From Spirochaetia bacterium (GTDB taxonomy: Bacteria > Spirochaetota > Spirochaetia > SZUA-6 > Bin103), in the NCBI GenBank assembly GCA_965198005.1, contig CBDAOI010000004.1, positions 1,312,001 through 1,376,000 of the forward strand: a stretch of DNA of 64,000 nt, written 5' to 3'. A program made the position numbers and the translations under genes. Below the pieces are notes generated by a model that made no database searches, was not told the origin of the DNA, and saw nothing but the letters and a program-made list of their open reading frames with translations. Positions 60,255-64,000 of the stretch are shown here, piece after piece; the first letter of the stretch is position 1, and every line of letters begins with the position of its first letter.

Positions 60255-60536
60255 ATGGACATCACAGAGGATATTCGACCGCTCACCGAGTTCAAGCGCG
60301 ATACGTCGCGCTTCGTTTCGCGCCTGAAGGACACGGGGCGACCCTCCGTTTTGACCGTGAACGGCAAACCCGAACTGGTCGTGATACATGCCCAGGCTTG
60401 GCAGGAGGTTCAGGATCAACTCGACTATGCCGCCGCGGTGGCCGGCATCCGCAAGGGGCTCGGTCAGATCCGCGACGGACGCGGTGTTCCTGCGTCGACC
60501 TTTTTCGAGGAGTTTGCCACCCACACCGCCGAGTAG
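60255..60536 (+). CDS. Phd/YefM antitoxin
   Basis: DIRPLTEFKR...VLTVNGKPELVV. Confidence 0.85.
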   Translation: MDITEDIRPLTEFKRDTSRFVSRLKDTGRPSVLTVNGKPELVVIHAQAWQEVQDQLDYAAAVAGIRKGLGQIRDGRGVPASTFFEEFATHTAE

Positions 60537-60769
60537 TGGTCAAGCGCTTCAGCGTCATCATCACCCCGTTCGCTGCCGCCAACGTTCGTGAAGCGTACGA
60601 GTGGTTGTCGGCGAGGAACCCTGCCTACGCAAAGCGGTGGCTCACGGCGATTCGAGACCAGATCCCGGGCCTCGACACGCTGCCGAAAGCCCACCCCGTG
60701 GCTCCGGAGAGTGCTGGGAAGCTGACTCCACTGGAAGAGACTGCGAAGGAATACGGTGTCGACATCTGA
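60536..60769 (+). pseudogene. ParE/RelE toxin, truncated and fused
   Basis: FSVIITPFA...EAYEWL...LDTLPKAHPVAPES, then an unrelated tail. Confidence 0.7.
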
Positions 60770-60947
60770 CCTATCGGGTCAGTCATTTGGAGTGATCTGA
60801 CCGCGGAGCTTGGTCTGGATGATAGACCCAGCGACAGCAGGCCCGTCTAGTCCCGCACACGGGCGCCCGTGCCCATGGTGGATCGGGCGCACGTCAGTTG
60901 GGGCCCCCAAAAAAGGAAATGGCGGGTGGGGATCGAGCGGGCGCTCG

Positions 60948-61240
60948 CTACTGGGTGATGGCGCCGAGACTGGCCGACGAGACCAGGCGCGCGTACTTGG
61001 CCAGGGCGCCGCGACGGTAGGGGATTTCGCGCTGCGGCAGGGCATCCAGCCGACTGGCGAGCTCCGCGTCGGACAGGTCGACGTCGATGGTGGCGGCGTC
61101 GAGGTCGATGGTGATGGTGTCGCCCTCCTGGATCGCCGCGATGGGCCCGCCGGCCTGCGCCTCGGGTGCGATGTGGCCGACCACGATGCCGTGGCTGCCG
61201 CCGGAAAAGCGGCCGTCGGTGATGAGGGCGAGCAGCGCGT
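60948..61240 (-). pseudogene. ilvD: C-terminal fragment of dihydroxy-acid dehydratase
   Basis: ALITDGRFSGG...VGHIAPEA...GALAKYARLVSSASLGA. Confidence 0.85.
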
Positions 61241-61383
61241 AGATCGCGCATTCGGCGATGCTGCATCGCAGGTTGCAGGTAGGTTGCAGTTGTTTGACGT
61301 GGACGAACAATTGCCGTAGATTATCTATTGCGATCCACATGGTACCAGACTGAGTACGGTGTAAGAGTTCGTCAAAAGCGAGC

Positions 61384-62217
61384 ATGGCAAGAGAGCATCC
61401 AGTCCATACAGGCGTCGGAATGGAGCTGGTCAGGAAGCTCGCAGAGTCCGGTCAGCGCCTGTTCACGGCCGAAGACGCCCGCAAGGTTGCTCCGACTCTC
61501 GGCATCTCTCCGGGCTACTTCCGGCAGGTCCTTCACCATCTGGCTCGGTCTGGTTGGGTCGTCCGCTTGAAGAAGGGGCTCTACTCACTTTCCGGGTCGC
61601 TTCCGGGCGTGACGCCGGTCCACGAGTTCGAGATCGCGATGGCGCTGGTCAAGCCTGCGGCTGTCAGCCACTGGTCGGCCCTCAGCCACCACGGCCTCAC
61701 CGAACAGGCGCCTCGGCGTGTGTTCGCGCTTACCACCTCCGGGTGGGTGCCTCGGCGCCGCGACGCGAAGGCGCAACGCACCGACGAGGGCTACCCGGTA
61801 GGCGAGACCACCTACCAGTTCGTCCAGGTCAATCCCGAGCGGTTTTTCGGTCTCGAGGACGTATGGGTACACGAGGCCCGAATCAAGATCACGGACCCCG
61901 AGCGGACGCTGTTGGACGGCCTCACGCGGCCCCGGTACTGCGGCGACTTCTTCGAGGTGCTCCACGCCTTCGAGGTCCGGGCCCCCAAGCTCGATGTGGA
62001 CCGCATCGTCCGCTACGCACTCGAGCTGGACGGCGCGACGGCCAAGCGCGTGGGCTGGATCTTGGAACAGCAAGGGGTCGGGAGCGATCAGCTTGTACCG
62101 CTCCGCCAAGTAGCGACTAAGGGATACCGCGTGCTCGATCCGACCGGCCCGCGCCAGGGGCCCTGCGACGCCACCTGGATGATCCAGGTTAATCTGCCGG
62201 GAAAAGTGCGGTCATGA
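61384..62217 (+). CDS. Type IV TA AbiEi-family antitoxin
   Basis: N-terminal wHTH (RLKKGLY), SHWSALSHHGLTEQ, TDPERTLLD. Confidence 0.88.
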   Translation: MAREHPVHTGVGMELVRKLAESGQRLFTAEDARKVAPTLGISPGYFRQVLHHLARSGWVVRLKKGLYSLSGSLPGVTPVHEFEIAMALVKPAAVSHWSALSHHGLTEQAPRRVFALTTSGWVPRRRDAKAQRTDEGYPVGETTYQFVQVNPERFFGLEDVWVHEARIKITDPERTLLDGLTRPRYCGDFFEVLHAFEVRAPKLDVDRIVRYALELDGATAKRVGWILEQQGVGSDQLVPLRQVATKGYRVLDPTGPRQGPCDATWMIQVNLPGKVRS

Positions 62218-62450
62218 AGCCGGTGCGGGTTCGACTGCAGGAAGCCCACAAACGGCTGGGGATTCCTTGGGAGGTGCTCGAACGGGACTACCTCCTCTCG
62301 TGGCTTCTGGCCGGCATCGAGGAAGTGGACGTGCTTCGCGATACCATCGCGTTCAAGGGCGGAACCGCGCTCAAGAAGTGCTACTTTGGCGACTACCGTT
62401 TTTCCGTAGACTTGGATTTCAGCGCCGTCGGCTCGGCTCCGACCGGCGCA
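62214..62450 (+). pseudogene. AbiEii nucleotidyltransferase toxin, truncated
   Basis: ERDY, FKGGTALKK, RFSVDLDF; then fused to an SBP C-terminus (ARLWIDQDLKREMGF*). Confidence 0.85.
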
Positions 62451-62451
62451 G

Positions 62452-62676
62452 CGTTAGCCCGTCTTTGGATCGACCAGGATCTGAAGCGGGAGATGGGATT
62501 CTGAGCATGGACCCCGCCTAAGGGCGGGGTCCGCGAGCGTTTTCGCGCTCGTCTTGCTTGCAGAAAAGGGCGCTGGGCGGCCTCACGGTTCCCGGCGCCC
62601 ATTTACTATGAAGACATGAGAGCGTATGTCATCCGCCGCGTTTTGCTCCTGATACCCACCTTCTTGCTGCTGTCAG
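62452..62676 (+). pseudogene. Remnant of another importer cassette (SBP 3' end, spacer, OppB start)
   Basis: Spacer similar to 17900-18012; ATGAGAGCGTATGTCATCCGC at 62617. Confidence 0.75.
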
Positions 62677-62958
62677 AGAGGACATAGTGTGGCTCCGATG
62701 CACGGCCAGGGAAAGCCACTTGTGTGGCGGGCCGGGCAGAGGCGAGATAGGAGCAACTGGCGAGGAAGCTGGGCTCGAGCCAGTCGCGAGTGGCGAAGAT
62801 GGAGGCCGCCGACGCAACGGTGCGCTCCATCCTCTGCAGCGCCTTGAAGATTCTGGCCCGCCGTCGTAGCAAGGTCGGAATCGCGGACAGGTACGTTGTC
62901 CGACAGCTGCCACCGTACTCGGGGTAGAAAACGGCTTGCGATTTGCTCTCGGGCGCGC

Positions 62959-63834
62959 CTAGACCGACCTGGCGGCATCGGCACCCAGGCGGCCGCCACC
63001 ACCCCGCAACCTTGGGTCTAGCAGGTCCCGCACCGCATCGCCGAACATGTTCAGGCAGTACACAACGATCGTCAGGCACAGCCCTGGCCACAGCGCCAGC
63101 CGTGGCGCCACCTCCATGAACTCGCGCCCTTCCCGGCTGAGCATCCCTCCCCAGCTCGGCACCGAAATCGGCAGACCGAATCCCAAAAAGCTCAGCGCGG
63201 CCTCACTGATGATCACCGCCCCGACGTTGATGGTGAAGATGATGATGATCGGAGCGCCGATATTGGGCAAGACGTGGCGGAGAAGCGTTCTCCACCTGGT
63301 GCTGCCGATCGCCTCTGCCGCCTGGAAATAGACGTTCTCCTTTACCCCAATAACCGCGCCGCGGATTACGCGCGAGCCGCCGATGCCGCCCGTTACCCCC
63401 AGCACCACGATGATCTGCGGCAAACCCCGCCCCACCAGCGACATGATGGTGAGCAACAGCAGCAGCCCCGGGAACGCCATCCAGGCGTCGACAAATCTCT
63501 GCACCGCCAGGTCCAGTCTGCCGCCGAAGAATCCCGAGATTCCGCCTATCAGCACCGCCACCACGACGTTGACCGTGGTCGCCGCCAGACCGACGGTCAG
63601 AGAGATCTGAGCCCCGAAGACAAGGCGGCTCAGCAGGTCCCGGCCCAACTGGTCGGTCCCCAACAGATACCGGTCCGAGGGCGCCTGCATCCGGTCTACG
63701 ATGTTGACTTCATCATGCGGAAAAGGCGCCAGCACATCGGCAAAGATCGCCACGAGCATCAACAGCAGGATGACGACCCCGGCGATGATGCTCAGTGGCT
63801 TCTCCTTGACCAGCCTGCGCAAGAAATCAGTCAT
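62959..63834 (-). CDS. ABC permease (OppC-like)
   Basis: Paralogue motifs. Confidence 0.92.
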   Translation of the reverse strand: MTDFLRRLVKEKPLSIIAGVVILLLMLVAIFADVLAPFPHDEVNIVDRMQAPSDRYLLGTDQLGRDLLSRLVFGAQISLTVGLAATTVNVVVAVLIGGISGFFGGRLDLAVQRFVDAWMAFPGLLLLLTIMSLVGRGLPQIIVVLGVTGGIGGSRVIRGAVIGVKENVYFQAAEAIGSTRWRTLLRHVLPNIGAPIIIIFTINVGAVIISEAALSFLGFGLPISVPSWGGMLSREGREFMEVAPRLALWPGLCLTIVVYCLNMFGDAVRDLLDPRLRGGGGRLGADAARSV

Positions 63835-64000
63835 AGCGGACCCTGGGGTCCAGGACGGCGTAGAGCACGTCGATGAGCAGATTGATCACCACCACCCCAG
63901 TGGCGAAGAACAGGTTGATGCCGGAGACCATCGGGTAGTCTCTGTCGTTGAGGGCATTCAGCAGGAGGCGCCCGAGCCCCGGCAGGTTGAAGATGTTCTC
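63827..64000 (-). CDS. ABC permease (OppB-like), 3' end; continues beyond window
   Basis: ENIFNLPGLGRL...LDPRVRYD*. Confidence 0.88.
   Translation of the reverse strand, partial: ENIFNLPGLGRLLLNALNDRDYPMVSGINLFFATGVVVINLLIDVLYAVLDPRVRYD

Noticed and set aside
52813-62950. Integron cassette array
   Set aside because: No integron integrase or recurring attC-like sites were seen, and orientations are mixed.
1-64000. tRNA, rRNA or tmRNA genes
   Set aside because: None recognised by eye; tRNAscan-SE or Aragorn would be needed to exclude them.

Overview
High-GC bacterial DNA, probably from a Spirochaetota genome (inferred from the 'LWAAG..EE' binding-protein N-termini and a spirochaete-type gene pair at 45.5-47.5 kb). 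It has three zones. (1) 1-32 kb: repeated Opp/Dpp-family ABC importer cassettes (binding protein plus permeases, no ATPase). They are interrupted by a DDE IS with 18-bp IRs and a 9-bp TSD, an IS110 with a bridge-RNA-like left end, and a group II intron. Three cassettes share a poly-C-containing leader, and two of these also have 75-bp tandem repeats. (2) 19-49 kb: mostly intact catabolic and housekeeping genes (D-aminoacylase, CoA-transferases, acyl-CoA dehydrogenase, FadJ-like, amidase, GGT, CitE/MaoC, TPP enzyme, RNase Z, AKR), a HigBA pair and a candidate ~210-nt structured ncRNA. (3) 49-63 kb: a defence/TA-rich mosaic. It opens with an intact, unrecognised three-gene operon (wHTH-like protein, P-loop ATPase, PD-(D/E)XK nuclease), the best candidate for an undescribed anti-phage system. 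Many TA modules follow, usually with a truncated toxin, joined to short fragments of unrelated genes. Some frameshifts and junctions may be assembly artefacts. All product calls are from motif recognition by eye; no database searches were run.
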